A DNA stretch of 64,000 bases from an uncultured candidate division Zixibacteria bacterium. GTDB lineage: Bacteria > Zixibacteria > MSB-5A5 > GN15 > FEB-12. The notes under the pieces were generated by a model. It was not told the origin of the DNA, searched no databases, and saw only the letters and a program-made list of their open reading frames with translations. Made by a program: the position numbers and the translations under genes. The stretch lies in contig OY760907.1 in the NCBI GenBank assembly GCA_963664195.1, positions 1,504,001 to 1,568,000 on the forward strand, given 5' to 3'. Shown here piece by piece: positions 27,621 to 39,492 of the stretch (positions are counted from its first letter, which is position 1; every line of letters begins with the position of its first letter).

Positions 27621-29012
27621 ATGAAGTATCGTATAGAAACAGATTCCATGGGCGAGATCCAGGTACCGGCTGAAATGTACTACGGCGCCCAGACCGCCCG
27701 TTCTCTCATGAATTTCCGCATCGGTGGCGAAAGAATGCCGCGCGAACTTATCCGCGCTATGGGCATCCTCAAGAAATGCGCCGCCCTGACCAACATGGAG
27801 TTGGGCACTCTCGACAAGAAACTCGGCAAGCTGATTACCAAAGCGGCCGACGAAGTAATCTCTGGCGAACTCGACGAGCATTTTCCGCTCGTGGTGTGGC
27901 AGACCGGATCGGGGACCCAGTCGAACATGAACTCCAACGAGGTTATCTCCAACCGCGCTATCGAAATGGCCGGCGGTGAGCGCGGCAGCAAAAACCCCGT
28001 GCACCCGAACGACCACGTCAACAAAGCGCAGTCCTCGAATGACACCTTCCCGACTGCCATGCATATCGCCGCGGTCGAGGAGATTCATCGCCGCCTGATC
28101 CCGATGATCACGCAGCTTCGCGACACCCTCACCAAGAAATCCAAAGAGTTCAACAAGTATATCAAAATCGGGCGCACGCACCTGATGGATGCCACCCCGC
28201 TGACGCTCGGTCAGGAATTCTCCGGCTATGCGGCGCAGTTGACCCTGTCTCTGGCCCGGATCAACGACTGCCTCAAACGGCTCTATCCGTTGGCCCTCGG
28301 TGGCACGGCGGTCGGAACCGGTTTGAACACGCATCCGAAGTTCGCCAAGATGGTCGCGGCGTCTATCGCCAAAGAGACCGGGTTGAAATTCGTCACCGCC
28401 CCGAACAAGTTCGAAGCCCTTGCGGCGCATGACGCTATCGTCGAGGCTTCCGGCGTGATGAAGACTATCGCCTGCTCGTTGATGAAGATTGCAAACGATA
28501 TCCGCCTTCTCGGCTCCGGCCCGCGCTGCGGTATCGGCGAAATCTCACTGCCGGCCAACGAACCTGGCTCCTCGATTATGCCGGGCAAAGTTAACCCGAC
28601 TCAGTGCGAGGCGATGACGATGGTTGCCGCGCAGGTGATCGGTAACGACGTATCGGTCAATGTCGGTGGCGCTACGGGACATTTTGAATTGAACGTTTTC
28701 AAGCCGGTTATGATTTACAACCTGCTACAGTCGATTCGGTTGATTGCTGACTCGTGCGAGATGTTCAACCAGAACTGTGCGGTAGGTATCACGCCGAACA
28801 AGGAGAACATTCACAAGAACCTGACGAACTCGTTGATGCTGGTGACGGCGCTCAATCCGCATATCGGATATGACAACGCGGCGAAGGTGGCCAAGAAGGC
28901 GCACGCCGAGGGTTCGACTCTTAGAGAAGCGGTGGTCGCGCTAGGACTGCTGACGGAGAAGGAGTTCGACGAGAAGGTTCGTCCGGAGAAGATGATTGGC
29001 CCGAAGAAGTAA
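27621..29012 (+). CDS. fumC: class II fumarate hydratase
   Basis: [40 protein letters not shown]. Confidence 0.97.
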   Translation: MKYRIETDSMGEIQVPAEMYYGAQTARSLMNFRIGGERMPRELIRAMGILKKCAALTNMELGTLDKKLGKLITKAADEVISGELDEHFPLVVWQTGSGTQSNMNSNEVISNRAIEMAGGERGSKNPVHPNDHVNKAQSSNDTFPTAMHIAAVEEIHRRLIPMITQLRDTLTKKSKEFNKYIKIGRTHLMDATPLTLGQEFSGYAAQLTLSLARINDCLKRLYPLALGGTAVGTGLNTHPKFAKMVAASIAKETGLKFVTAPNKFEALAAHDAIVEASGVMKTIACSLMKIANDIRLLGSGPRCGIGEISLPANEPGSSIMPGKVNPTQCEAMTMVAAQVIGNDVSVNVGGATGHFELNVFKPVMIYNLLQSIRLIADSCEMFNQNCAVGITPNKENIHKNLTNSLMLVTALNPHIGYDNAAKVAKKAHAEGSTLREAVVALGLLTEKEFDEKVRPEKMIGPKK

Positions 29013-29080
29013 GGCTATGGATAAGTCACACTGACAGACTAGTCTGTGGGCTTGTCGAAGTGTGGACCTTGTTTAAGAAC

Positions 29081-29125
29081 CAATCAAGTGGTGCAGTCTT
29101 CGACAGGCTCAGACTGACTTGATTG
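29081..29125. repeat. 45-bp palindromic element, copy 2
   Basis: near-identical to 23892-23936, same orientation. Confidence 0.85.
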
Positions 29126-29130
29126 GAGCT

Positions 29131-29229
29131 GGCGGGTTCGAAGACGGACTCGCCCTACAAGACAGCGAATTGTAGGTCGAAACTCCCGTGGTTTCGACAA
29201 TAGCGGCAGGGAGATTTCCCTGCCGCTAT
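29131..29229. repeat. REP hairpin cluster between convergent genes
   Basis: GGCGGGTTCG..GACTCGCC-CTAC, GTAG-GTCGAAAC..GTTTCGAC, and ATAGCGGCAGGGA/TCCCTGCCGCTAT. Confidence 0.7.
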
Positions 29230-29249
29230 GTTGTGGTTGTTGGGTAGCT

Positions 29250-30566
29250 CTAGTGATGCAGTTTCTGCCCACCTGATAGATGCTTCTTGGCTAAGCCCTC
29301 CATGTGGCGAATGGGCAATCTTTCCTGAACTCCCATTCTTTGGCCCACCTCCGCAACAATCTCTGCCGCCCGACCCCAGGGCCGCGCCAGTAACTCATTC
29401 AAGTGAATTGTGTCTTGAAGAATGATCTTTGCTCCGGCGTACGGGTGTGAGAGCAGATGACGACTCCCTGTCGTTATTCTCGCGTCTGTGAGATTCTTAT
29501 ATTCCAGCAAGACATCAATCGGCTTGTCAGCGGAGAATCCCAAGCCATCGTAGAGTCGCCCCATTGCGATCAATGCTTCAGCTATGAGCTTTGTCTGGCC
29601 ATAGGCCTCGAGTTCAGAGCCAAGCCCCACGGAGGACTTCTGGGTGATCTTGATAGAGTAGAATAGACTTCTGGTATACTGAAACCGCCAGTAGTCGAAG
29701 GTCGGCCGCTCGTAGAAGGGTTCGGTATCAACTGCCCAGATTGAATCCTCGTCGAATTGCGGTGGGCAATTCGCGGTCTCCAAGTAGAAGAGAAACGGCC
29801 ATCCACGATAGTCAACGCAGGCAGATTTCAGAGACGACTTGCTCCGTTCGATATCTTGTGGTACAGGACTGTCCGAGGGAATCGCCGCAAAAATCAACAA
29901 AGGTAAAGCAGCTAGGCCCTCTGGTCTCATGGAAAGCGCATGTTTCTCGATCTCTTCAGTTTCAAGTCCTAGATCAAGACTTGGCACAATCGCTTGCAGG
30001 TTCGTTCCTCCTGACGAACTGAGTGCGTCAAACACCAGTTCTTGGATCTCGGCCTTTCTGGCAAGTGTGAGTCGGTGGATCAAGTCGCGCCAGTCATCAA
30101 GCCGACCTATCTCGGTGGTCTCTTTGTTTCGGTTGCGATAGTACAGAGCACCTTTCCTCAGGATAGTATCATTGTGATCCCCGCGATCCTTGACGCAGAT
30201 GTGCGGCATATCTCCGTGTTGGGGAACCCTTATGACGACGAACACTAACTTGGAGTCGCGCGACTGTGGGCGCGCGACTTCGACATCCATGTCTGGTTCG
30301 ACATGGTTATTGACGTCCCTAGCAACGTTTGTTACGTCCCAAGTCGATAGATGCTCACCGTCAACCCCAACGAAACGAGCGTCCCCTTGTTGTTTTTCGT
30401 CGAACCCTACCACCAAGTAGCCTCCGCCAGCGTTGGCGAGCCCCGCAATTATCTTCATCAGCTTGAAGCGTGCAGGCCCCTCCCAGGGAATGGACCGCTT
30501 GCACTCGATTTCGAGCGTCTCTAGTCCGCGATATACTATTCTGAGTGCTTCTGCATCGTTGAACAT
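29250..30566 (-). CDS. AlbA_2 (Schlafen-like) domain protein
   Basis: E...IECK, K.IAGLANAGGGYLVVG, G.LYYR N-terminal motifs. Confidence 0.85.
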   Translation of the reverse strand: MFNDAEALRIVYRGLETLEIECKRSIPWEGPARFKLMKIIAGLANAGGGYLVVGFDEKQQGDARFVGVDGEHLSTWDVTNVARDVNNHVEPDMDVEVARPQSRDSKLVFVVIRVPQHGDMPHICVKDRGDHNDTILRKGALYYRNRNKETTEIGRLDDWRDLIHRLTLARKAEIQELVFDALSSSGGTNLQAIVPSLDLGLETEEIEKHALSMRPEGLAALPLLIFAAIPSDSPVPQDIERSKSSLKSACVDYRGWPFLFYLETANCPPQFDEDSIWAVDTEPFYERPTFDYWRFQYTRSLFYSIKITQKSSVGLGSELEAYGQTKLIAEALIAMGRLYDGLGFSADKPIDVLLEYKNLTDARITTGSRHLLSHPYAGAKIILQDTIHLNELLARPWGRAAEIVAEVGQRMGVQERLPIRHMEGLAKKHLSGGQKLHH

Positions 30567-30713
30567 TCATCCCTCCGAGTCTGGCGTGTGATATGGAGTA
30601 TCAGATAATCGACCTCAATATACATAAGCGGAGAGGGGCAGTCAATGACGATGACGGGGAATCCGGTTCGCACCCCGCCACGGGCGGTCGGCGCAAGCAG
30701 TGCGGAACCGAGG

Positions 30714-31103
30714 CTAACTCCTCTGGTTCTCTGTTTCCTTCTTGGGTCGATAGTACACGAGGTACATTGTGACTGCGGTGAATATCGCCGGGTATATGAA
30801 CGGTTGCCAGTGATGAGTAGCCTCCACCGTGGCCGGTGAGAAGAATCGGGTCAGGAGGTCGACCCAGATAATCTGTCCGAGAGGGATGCTCGCCGGAGAA
30901 ATCAGAACGCCCGCCCATTTCCAGAGGCCCTCTTTATGCAGGAGCCACCACGAGCTGCATACGATCAGGAGAAACAAACCTGCTACGCCCCACAACGGGA
31001 TTCGCTCTAGGAGCCACGGAGCGTAGTCGTCGAAGAAAAGGTACGCTATGGAAGTAGACTGTCCTATGGCCAGGGCGAGGACATACAACATCAGCGTATT
31101 CAA
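30714..31103 (-). CDS. hypothetical membrane protein (about 4 TM)
   Basis: AAGGAG RBS, TTG start, hydrophobic segments. Confidence 0.65.
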   Translation of the reverse strand: MNTLMLYVLALAIGQSTSIAYLFFDDYAPWLLERIPLWGVAGLFLLIVCSSWWLLHKEGLWKWAGVLISPASIPLGQIIWVDLLTRFFSPATVEATHHWQPFIYPAIFTAVTMYLVYYRPKKETENQRS

Positions 31104-31336
31104 GACGGACTCTCCTTGATCTGTTTCGGTAGCCTGCGGTGTCAGATAGTCGACTTCAAGATACGTAAGCGGGGAGGTGCAGTCAATTGGGATGGTGTAC
31201 AATCTGGTTCGCACCGCAAGCGGTGCCGCACCGGAGTATGGCGTTGTCCGCCCTACAAGCCAAAAAAGAAAACGACAGGGAAGTCATCCCTGCCGCTTTG
31301 CTATTTTCGTAGAGGCAATCAGATGCGATTGTCTCC

Positions 31337-33250
31337 TTACTGTGCGTATCTGTAAATGTGATTGAACGTCCCGCCTGCGTATACCAGCGGCGATGCGCCG
31401 GCAACACCGTACACGGCGTGGAAATCAGCCTTGGCGTCGGTGTCCATCACAGTCCAGGTCGTTCCGTCGAAATGCAGCGCCGTCCCGTTATCACCTACCG
31501 CGTAAGTATCGGCGTTGGCCGTGCCCCAGACCGCAGTTAGATTCTCCGAGGTCGGGCTGGTCATGGCGGTCCAAGTGGTGCCGTTGTAACGAACAATCGT
31601 GCCGCCGTCGCCGACAGCAAACACGTTGGTGAGGGAGAAGCCCCAGACGGAATTCAGGTTGTCGCTGAAGTCTGTAGCGTCTTCGGTCCAAGTGCCGGCC
31701 GTGCTGCGGCGGATGATCGTGCCGCCGTCGCCAACTGCTACCAGCACCGAATCAGCGCTGCCCCAGAGATCGTGCAGGTCGGCGCCCACGGGGCTGGTCT
31801 CTTCAGTCCAGTCGGTGCCGTTGTAAGACGCTATCGTCCCTCCGCTGCCGACAGTGAACACCGCTTGATCATCGAAACCCCACAGTCCGTAGAGGTCCGC
31901 CGACAGGCCGGTTGTCATATCGCTCCAGACTCCGTTGATGCCGCTGGCGGTAACGACAGTGCCGTTTTCACCGGCTGCGAAATAAGTGCCTTCGTCGGAA
32001 TCACCCCATACTGCTTGCAGACTGATGGTGGTGTCGAGGGCCGCGTCGATCGTCACACCGGACAGGGAGCCGCCGCTCAGTTTGCGTATTACCATGTTCT
32101 CGCCTACGGCGAATCCGATGACGTTTGAAGCGGTCCAGATATCGTTGAAGTCCGGAACATCGACGATTTCAAAGAACTCCCACTCGGCGCCGCTGGAGCG
32201 CAATGCGGTTTGCCCCACCACGTAGACCTCGGAGGTGACTGTGTCACCCCAGATACTGAGGAAAAGGTACTCGGTCCCGGTCTCGATTTCCGTCCAATCC
32301 GAGCCGTCGTAGTGAACGAGTGTTCCGTTTGTGCCGCAGGCATACACATCGTTAGGTGCTAGACCGAAAACGGAATAGAGATCGTTGTCGACTGTGCTGG
32401 CCTGACGTGACCAGGTGGTACCGTCGAAATGAATGATCTCACCTCCGGCACCAACTGCAAAAACGGAGCTGTCTGACCAGCCCCAGATATCTCTGAGTGT
32501 CTCGCTGGTGGGAGTACGCATGACGCTCAAGTCTCCCGTGGCGGCGTCGAGATATACCACCGCTCCCCCCACACCGCAGGCGTAGATGTCATCATCGGAG
32601 CTTCCCCAGAGACCGTACAGGCGGACATCGCCTCGCTGGGTGAGGGTCTCCCAACTAAGGATGCCGGTGATGGAGTCTTTGACAGATCGTGCGAATCTTC
32701 CGCCGTCGCCGACAACGAAGATGTTACTGTCGTTGCTTCCCCAAATATCGAATATCGCCGAATCGAAATCCAGAATCTCTGGCACGAACGCAACGCCGTT
32801 GCTGTGGGCGAAATAAGGCTCGTCCCATGTCAATATCGACGGTATGGTGTCATCAATGAAAACCGTATCACCGGCCGTATCAAGTTCTACTCCGGAGTTA
32901 TAATCGGAAATCATGCCGACCGCGTATATGTCTGACGTAGAGGTGCCCCAGACCGAATAGAAAATCGTATCAGCCGTTATGCCGCCTGAAGCTGTCGGAT
33001 GCCAGGTGGTTCCGTTGCCAAACTGGATATCGCCGTACTCTCCGCCGACGTAGATCTCGGAGCCGGACAGACCCCATATCGTCCACCAGGCAGTTCTCAC
33101 CGGCAACGATCTCACCTGGCTCCACTCGGCTGTAACGGGAGTAGTCGTTACGGGGTTTTCATCGTCGCCGCAACCGGCAGCGAGAATCAGGGCGAAAAGA
33201 ACCGCCAGAATAAACCAAATCTTCACATGTTGCTTGCCTGTCGAATTCAT
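31337..33250 (-). CDS. beta-propeller repeat lipoprotein
   Basis: lipobox LAAGC; about a dozen ~40-aa repeats L..VWG....VFAVG.GGTI..YDGT.W. Confidence 0.85.
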   Translation of the reverse strand: MNSTGKQHVKIWFILAVLFALILAAGCGDDENPVTTTPVTAEWSQVRSLPVRTAWWTIWGLSGSEIYVGGEYGDIQFGNGTTWHPTASGGITADTIFYSVWGTSTSDIYAVGMISDYNSGVELDTAGDTVFIDDTIPSILTWDEPYFAHSNGVAFVPEILDFDSAIFDIWGSNDSNIFVVGDGGRFARSVKDSITGILSWETLTQRGDVRLYGLWGSSDDDIYACGVGGAVVYLDAATGDLSVMRTPTSETLRDIWGWSDSSVFAVGAGGEIIHFDGTTWSRQASTVDNDLYSVFGLAPNDVYACGTNGTLVHYDGSDWTEIETGTEYLFLSIWGDTVTSEVYVVGQTALRSSGAEWEFFEIVDVPDFNDIWTASNVIGFAVGENMVIRKLSGGSLSGVTIDAALDTTISLQAVWGDSDEGTYFAAGENGTVVTASGINGVWSDMTTGLSADLYGLWGFDDQAVFTVGSGGTIASYNGTDWTEETSPVGADLHDLWGSADSVLVAVGDGGTIIRRSTAGTWTEDATDFSDNLNSVWGFSLTNVFAVGDGGTIVRYNGTTWTAMTSPTSENLTAVWGTANADTYAVGDNGTALHFDGTTWTVMDTDAKADFHAVYGVAGASPLVYAGGTFNHIYRYAQ

Positions 33251-33458
33251 AATCATCCTAATTGATAAGAAACTACATCCCTGCGACCCTTCGCGTTGCA
33301 CCTTATACACGTTTGTAAAAGCGGGGTCGCATTCAAGCCCTAAGTATATGCCGCTTCGGCAGTAGCGACAACAGAAAAGTGCCGGTAAACGGTTGTTGAC
33401 CGGGACCGCAGGGAAAGGTAGTTTTCCTGTAAGTTACAGAATCCCAACGGAGTGAGTT

Positions 33459-34733
33459 ATGAAGTGCGTTTTTGCGGTAATCGTCATCCTGCTACTGGCA
33501 CTCCCAATTGTCGGGCAGGACGTGGAAATGACGTCCGGCAGTATGCTTTTCGAGGATTCCTCCGGTCTGGCTGATCCGGTGAAAACGCTCGAAACCGGCG
33601 TGTCGATGTATCCGCTTTCGCCTGAGCGGTACGAGAAACTGGTTTCGTACTCGCGATTCAACAATGTTTGGAGATTTGTTAGCTTCGGGCTCAGCCTGCT
33701 CACGATGGGGATAATCCTGTTCACCGGGCTTGGGGCCAGATTCCGCGATTGGGCAACGAAGATCAAACCGAGGTTTTTTGCGGTCTGGCTGTTCTTAATC
33801 CTCGTGCTGGTGACCGATTACATACTGTCGTTGCCGTTCAGCATCTACCGGAGCTTCATCGTTGAGAGTGATTACGGTTTCATGAACCAGACCTTCATGC
33901 AATGGTGGAGAGATGACCTTATCGGGCTTGCGCTGGTTTTGGCGATCGGCGTTGTCCCTATGTGGTTTTTCTACCGATTGATCGAGAAGTACCGTCGTTG
34001 GTGGCTGTATTTCTCGATTGGCACGATTCCGTTTCTTGTTCTGACAGTGGTCATTGTACCTGTGGTGGTTTCTCCTATGTTCAACGAGTTTCAACCGCTT
34101 CAGGACGAAGGGCTGGAAACCGAAATCCGGGCGATGGCAGCCAAGGGAGGAATAGGCGATGCGGATATATTCCAGGTCGACGGTTCAACGCAGTCGAGCA
34201 AGATCAACGCCTATGTCACCGGTCTGTTTGGCTCAAAGCGGATAGTGCTGTATGACACGATGATCAAGAATTTCACCCACGACGAAATCAAGTTCGTCAT
34301 GGGGCATGAAATGGCGCACTACGTCATGCATCATATCTGGCAGGGATTGGTGTTGACGGTCCTGTTCCTGACCTTTGCGTTGTGGCTAATGAACAAGACG
34401 ATTCACTCGGTGATACGTCGATTCAAGAGGCGGTTCGGGTTTGACTCTCTTTCAGATATTGCATCGTTGCCGCTGGTGATGATTTTTGCCGGCGTGATCT
34501 TTTTCCTGTTCCAGCCGGTGACAAACGGATTCAGTCGACACAACGAGCATCTCGCCGATGAATACGGCATGCAGATCAGCGGCGTATCCGGCGAAACGGC
34601 GGCGATTGCCTTTGACAAACTGTCGGTTTACAATCTGTCCGACCCGGATCCCGGCGCGATTGTCGAGTTCTGGTTTTATAGCCATCCGGCACTCAATAAA
34701 CGGATGGCGTTTGTTCGGAACTGGGAGAAGTAA
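33459..34733 (+). CDS. M48/Ste24-family membrane metallopeptidase
   Basis: NAYVTG...KRIVLYDT, HEMAH, E..AD, YSHP....R. Confidence 0.92.
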   Translation: MKCVFAVIVILLLALPIVGQDVEMTSGSMLFEDSSGLADPVKTLETGVSMYPLSPERYEKLVSYSRFNNVWRFVSFGLSLLTMGIILFTGLGARFRDWATKIKPRFFAVWLFLILVLVTDYILSLPFSIYRSFIVESDYGFMNQTFMQWWRDDLIGLALVLAIGVVPMWFFYRLIEKYRRWWLYFSIGTIPFLVLTVVIVPVVVSPMFNEFQPLQDEGLETEIRAMAAKGGIGDADIFQVDGSTQSSKINAYVTGLFGSKRIVLYDTMIKNFTHDEIKFVMGHEMAHYVMHHIWQGLVLTVLFLTFALWLMNKTIHSVIRRFKRRFGFDSLSDIASLPLVMIFAGVIFFLFQPVTNGFSRHNEHLADEYGMQISGVSGETAAIAFDKLSVYNLSDPDPGAIVEFWFYSHPALNKRMAFVRNWEK

Positions 34734-34743
34734 CGCCCGGGCC

Positions 34744-35487
34744 TTACGGCTTGCGGGCGATGACCATGATTTCCCAGCCGTCGGGGTCTATCTTGCATCG
34801 TTTGAAGTTGCCGACCTCGCAACCCCACACTTGCTCGACCTCGAACCCGGCCAGCTTCATCATGAGCGTCAGCTCTGAGGGTACGTACCCGCGCTCGCGG
34901 CTGGCGTAGACTTTCTTTCCCTCGGCGGTTTCATACTCAAGATTCTCAATCTCGACCAGCGTAAGGGGATCGAACGTGCCTTTCTCGATTGCCTCTTTGC
35001 TGGTCAGTCGGATCTTTCTCAAGGCACTCAAGGCCGTCAGGATGAACTTCCCGCCCGGTTTGAGCGCGGCAAAAACGTTTCTCAAGACGGAGAGATCATG
35101 TTCGTGGGGGTCGTCGCCCTCGCCCAGCAATCCGAACGAACCTTCGCAGAGGCACACGGCGGCTTCGAACTGTCTATCAGTAGTGAATTTGGTAGCGTCC
35201 GCTTTGATCAACTCAACCTCAACACCGACCTCGTCGGCGGCCTTACGGGCCTGCGCGAGCATGCCGGTAGAGAGGTCGACACCGGTAACGTTGAGACCGT
35301 GTTTGGCGAGTTGCACAGAATGACGCCCGGTGCCACAACCCATGTCGAGTATGGCCGCACCTTTTTCGAGTTTTAGCTCATCGAGAAGAAACCCGACCTC
35401 CTGATCGGTTCCCTTCGTGAAGATGTTTTCCATGTACTCCGGGGCATGGTGATCGAAAAACTCTTCCCAACTACCCTCTTTGGTCAT
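34744..35487 (-). CDS. class I SAM-dependent methyltransferase
   Basis: ILDMGCGTGRH, GVDLS, LKPGG. Confidence 0.92.
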   Translation of the reverse strand: MTKEGSWEEFFDHHAPEYMENIFTKGTDQEVGFLLDELKLEKGAAILDMGCGTGRHSVQLAKHGLNVTGVDLSTGMLAQARKAADEVGVEVELIKADATKFTTDRQFEAAVCLCEGSFGLLGEGDDPHEHDLSVLRNVFAALKPGGKFILTALSALRKIRLTSKEAIEKGTFDPLTLVEIENLEYETAEGKKVYASRERGYVPSELTLMMKLAGFEVEQVWGCEVGNFKRCKIDPDGWEIMVIARKP

Positions 35488-35567
35488 GACAAATTCCTCT
35501 AAAGCGGGCTTGATTTCTTTGCGCGAAGTATAAGTGCCGGACGGTGTGAAGGCAAACAGGATGAAGA

Positions 35568-36467
35568 CTATTTGCCGAGCAGTCCGCGCAGGGCGGTCTC
35601 GAGATCGGGATGGGTGAACTGGAAACCGTATTTCTCGAGTTTAGTGGGAGCGACCCGGGTTGAGGACAGCAGTGTCTCTTTGGCCATCTCGCCGAGAGCG
35701 GCTTTCAGAGCAAATGCCGGTACAGGTAAGAGTGTCGGTTTACTGAGCACCCGACCCAACGTTTTGCTGAACTCAGCACTGGTGACCGGCCGGGGGGAGA
35801 CAGCGTTGACGGGGCCGGAGACAGCCTCGTTGTCGATGGCGAATAGGGCAATGTCGACAAGATCCTTGAGTGTCAGCCAACTCATGTATTCGAGGCCGGT
35901 GCCCATTTTGCCGCCGAGGCCCATTTTGTATACCGGCAGCATTTTTGCCAACGCGCCCCCTTTGGGAGTGAGGACCACGCCGATCCTGAGCTTCACGACA
36001 CGAATGCCCTTGTCTACAGCCGGTTGCGCCGCCGCTTCCCATTCACGGCAGACCTCGGCCAGGAACCCCTCGCCGGGGGAGGAGTCTTCGCGAAGTAGCT
36101 CATCCCCACGGTTGCCGTAGTAGCCGGCCGCGGAGGCTATCACCATCGTCTTGGGCGGGTTTTCGCAGGCGGTCATGGTTTCTGCGAGAAGGCGAGTGCT
36201 CTCCACCCGGCTGTCCCGGATTAGCTGTTTGCGGGCCGGATTCCAACGGCCTCCGGCAATGTTCTCCCCGGCCAGATGTACAACTGTCTCGACATTGTCA
36301 CAGGACTCGGCATTGATTTCGCCGGTATCCGGTGACCAGAAGATAGTGCTGGAGTTTTCGTGCTCATGGCGACGTACCAGTCGAACGACATCGTGTCCCG
36401 CTTTGGTCAGCGCCAGCACCAGTGCCGACCCGACAAGTCCTGTAGATCCACTGACGATTGTCCTCAT
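35568..36467 (-). CDS. TIGR01777-family NAD-dependent epimerase/oxidoreductase
   Basis: SGSTGLVG, HLAGENI...RW, GFLAEVC.EWE, LRIGVVL...GGAL. Confidence 0.92.
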   Translation of the reverse strand: MRTIVSGSTGLVGSALVLALTKAGHDVVRLVRRHEHENSSTIFWSPDTGEINAESCDNVETVVHLAGENIAGGRWNPARKQLIRDSRVESTRLLAETMTACENPPKTMVIASAAGYYGNRGDELLREDSSPGEGFLAEVCREWEAAAQPAVDKGIRVVKLRIGVVLTPKGGALAKMLPVYKMGLGGKMGTGLEYMSWLTLKDLVDIALFAIDNEAVSGPVNAVSPRPVTSAEFSKTLGRVLSKPTLLPVPAFALKAALGEMAKETLLSSTRVAPTKLEKYGFQFTHPDLETALRGLLGK

Positions 36468-36631
36468 GGCGATATCCCTCGTCCGCTCTCAGAATTGGTG
36501 ATGCCCACCGTCTAATGTATGCCAGGCGGCAGTGCCGATCAAGTACATAGCCTCCAAAGGTGATACTACTCCTGGAAACTAGTAACAATCACCGTTTGTT
36601 CTACCGATACAGAGAGAAAGAGCGATCTACT

Positions 36632-37642
36632 ATGATGAAAGTATCTCGATACATCTCCCTGTCCGTGACTACTGCCCTGCTGGTGGTTCTATTCATGTCT
36701 TTCTCCATGGCCGGCACAATGTGTCGTTATTGCCGCAAGCCCATACAGGGTAAGTATATCACTGCCAACGGCTACGCCTACCACGAAGGCTGCTACCTCA
36801 AGCATGTAGCGCCGCACTGCGCTGCTTGCGGCAAACCGCTTGTGGGCGAGTATGTTGTACACGACGGCAAGAATTACCACGAGGCCTGCTACGAACAGAA
36901 CGTTGCGTCCCGTTGTGCGCTCTGCAACGGGATTATCGAGGGGCAGCATCTGAGGGACTACTGGGGCGATTACTACTGCGCCAGTCATCGGGGGAAAACC
37001 CCTGAATGTGACTACTGCGGCAGGTTTCTTGGTGATCACAACAACAAGGGGGGGGTGGCCTACGAGGACGGACGTCACGTTTGCAATCTCTGCCTGAAAT
37101 CGGTCATCAACGATGAGCCGAAGGGCCGCCTCCTGCTCGAAGAAGTTCGTAAACGGCTGGGGGAGTTTGGGGTAGACATCCCCAACGACCGCATTACGTT
37201 CCAACTCGCAGACCGTCGACAGATAGCGAAACAGTTCAAGCGAGGAGTTGCCTCCAAGGCGGGATATGTGGAGCATCGGTTTGAGCGGCTGGGCAATTCG
37301 GTCGTCAATCAGGAATTCACGATTTATATTCTTCGCGGAATGCCGAAAATGCACTTTGTTTCTACCGCCGCGCACGAGTTGATGCACGTCTGGCAGTACC
37401 TGAACTGTCCGCTGGACAATGACCTTGCCCTGAGCGAGGGAAGCTGCAACTATGCCTCGTTGATAGTGCTCAGGTCTGTCGGAGGCAAGAAAGCGGATTA
37501 TATCATCGAGTCGATGCGCAAGAGCGCTGATCCGGTCTACGGCGAGGGGTTCCGTCGAGTGGACAAACTTGTCATCAAGCGGGGCCAGCGTGCCTGGCTG
37601 GAGCACTTGCGACACAACCGCGATTTCCCGCCGGGGTATTAG
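36632..37642 (+). CDS. secreted LIM-like zinc-finger / DA1-like metallopeptidase
   Basis: signal peptide; CxxC..H..C repeats; YCASH..TPECDYC; AHELMH and EGSC. Confidence 0.85.
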   Translation: MMKVSRYISLSVTTALLVVLFMSFSMAGTMCRYCRKPIQGKYITANGYAYHEGCYLKHVAPHCAACGKPLVGEYVVHDGKNYHEACYEQNVASRCALCNGIIEGQHLRDYWGDYYCASHRGKTPECDYCGRFLGDHNNKGGVAYEDGRHVCNLCLKSVINDEPKGRLLLEEVRKRLGEFGVDIPNDRITFQLADRRQIAKQFKRGVASKAGYVEHRFERLGNSVVNQEFTIYILRGMPKMHFVSTAAHELMHVWQYLNCPLDNDLALSEGSCNYASLIVLRSVGGKKADYIIESMRKSADPVYGEGFRRVDKLVIKRGQRAWLEHLRHNRDFPPGY

Positions 37643-37669
37643 GGCGTCAACTAACCAGAAAAAAAAGAA

Positions 37670-37710
37670 ACCGTCAGGGGATTCATCCCGTTGGATGGAA
37701 CCCTGACGGT
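37670..37710. terminator. hairpin between convergent DA1-like gene and eno, probable eno terminator
   Basis: ACCGTCAGGG...CCCTGACGGT with an A-run on its left (U-run on minus). Confidence 0.65.
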
Positions 37711-37724
37711 CACGTTTCTCAGTG

Positions 37725-37754
37725 TTGTGGGCGGCAGACGCCCTCGTCTGCCCC
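37725..37754 (+). repeat. REP hairpin (GTGG foot), copy 1
   Basis: TTGTGGGCGGCAGACGCCCTCGTCTGCCCC; exact reverse complement at 40746-40775. Confidence 0.85.
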
Positions 37755-37758
37755 AGCC

Positions 37759-39132
<1,374 letters not shown>

Positions 39133-39492
39133 CTACCTATAAGAATCTCCCAACCTGCGGTCTCGCTGAAGGTTCCGTCTGTCGATTGTTGTCCTGTCAG
39201 TATTCGTCGGCAATTGTCAAACCTGTAATACGCGGACCACGTAATTTCTTTCGGAGAGGTGAATTCATCGAAGCTATCTGTCGATAACAGTAATAAGAAC
39301 GGGATCTGACGGATTCTGTTCGGAAGAGACAAGTTTATATCGGGCCAGTCTAGTCAAATATACCTGGTCCTGGGGTCGGAACTACGCCGACCCCTTTCCA
39401 ATTAATGTCTGCTACGTGCTGTCAGACGTCCCCGTCTGATGGCCATACTAGGAGAGCAAATCTGCTTGCGGGTGTTACTCAAGACAATGACG

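Noticed and set aside
24125..28430. Long antisense ORFs over tdh, kbl and fumC (also 36689-37870 and 20265-21044)
   Set aside because: Shadow frames of GC-biased real genes, with no motifs or RBS.
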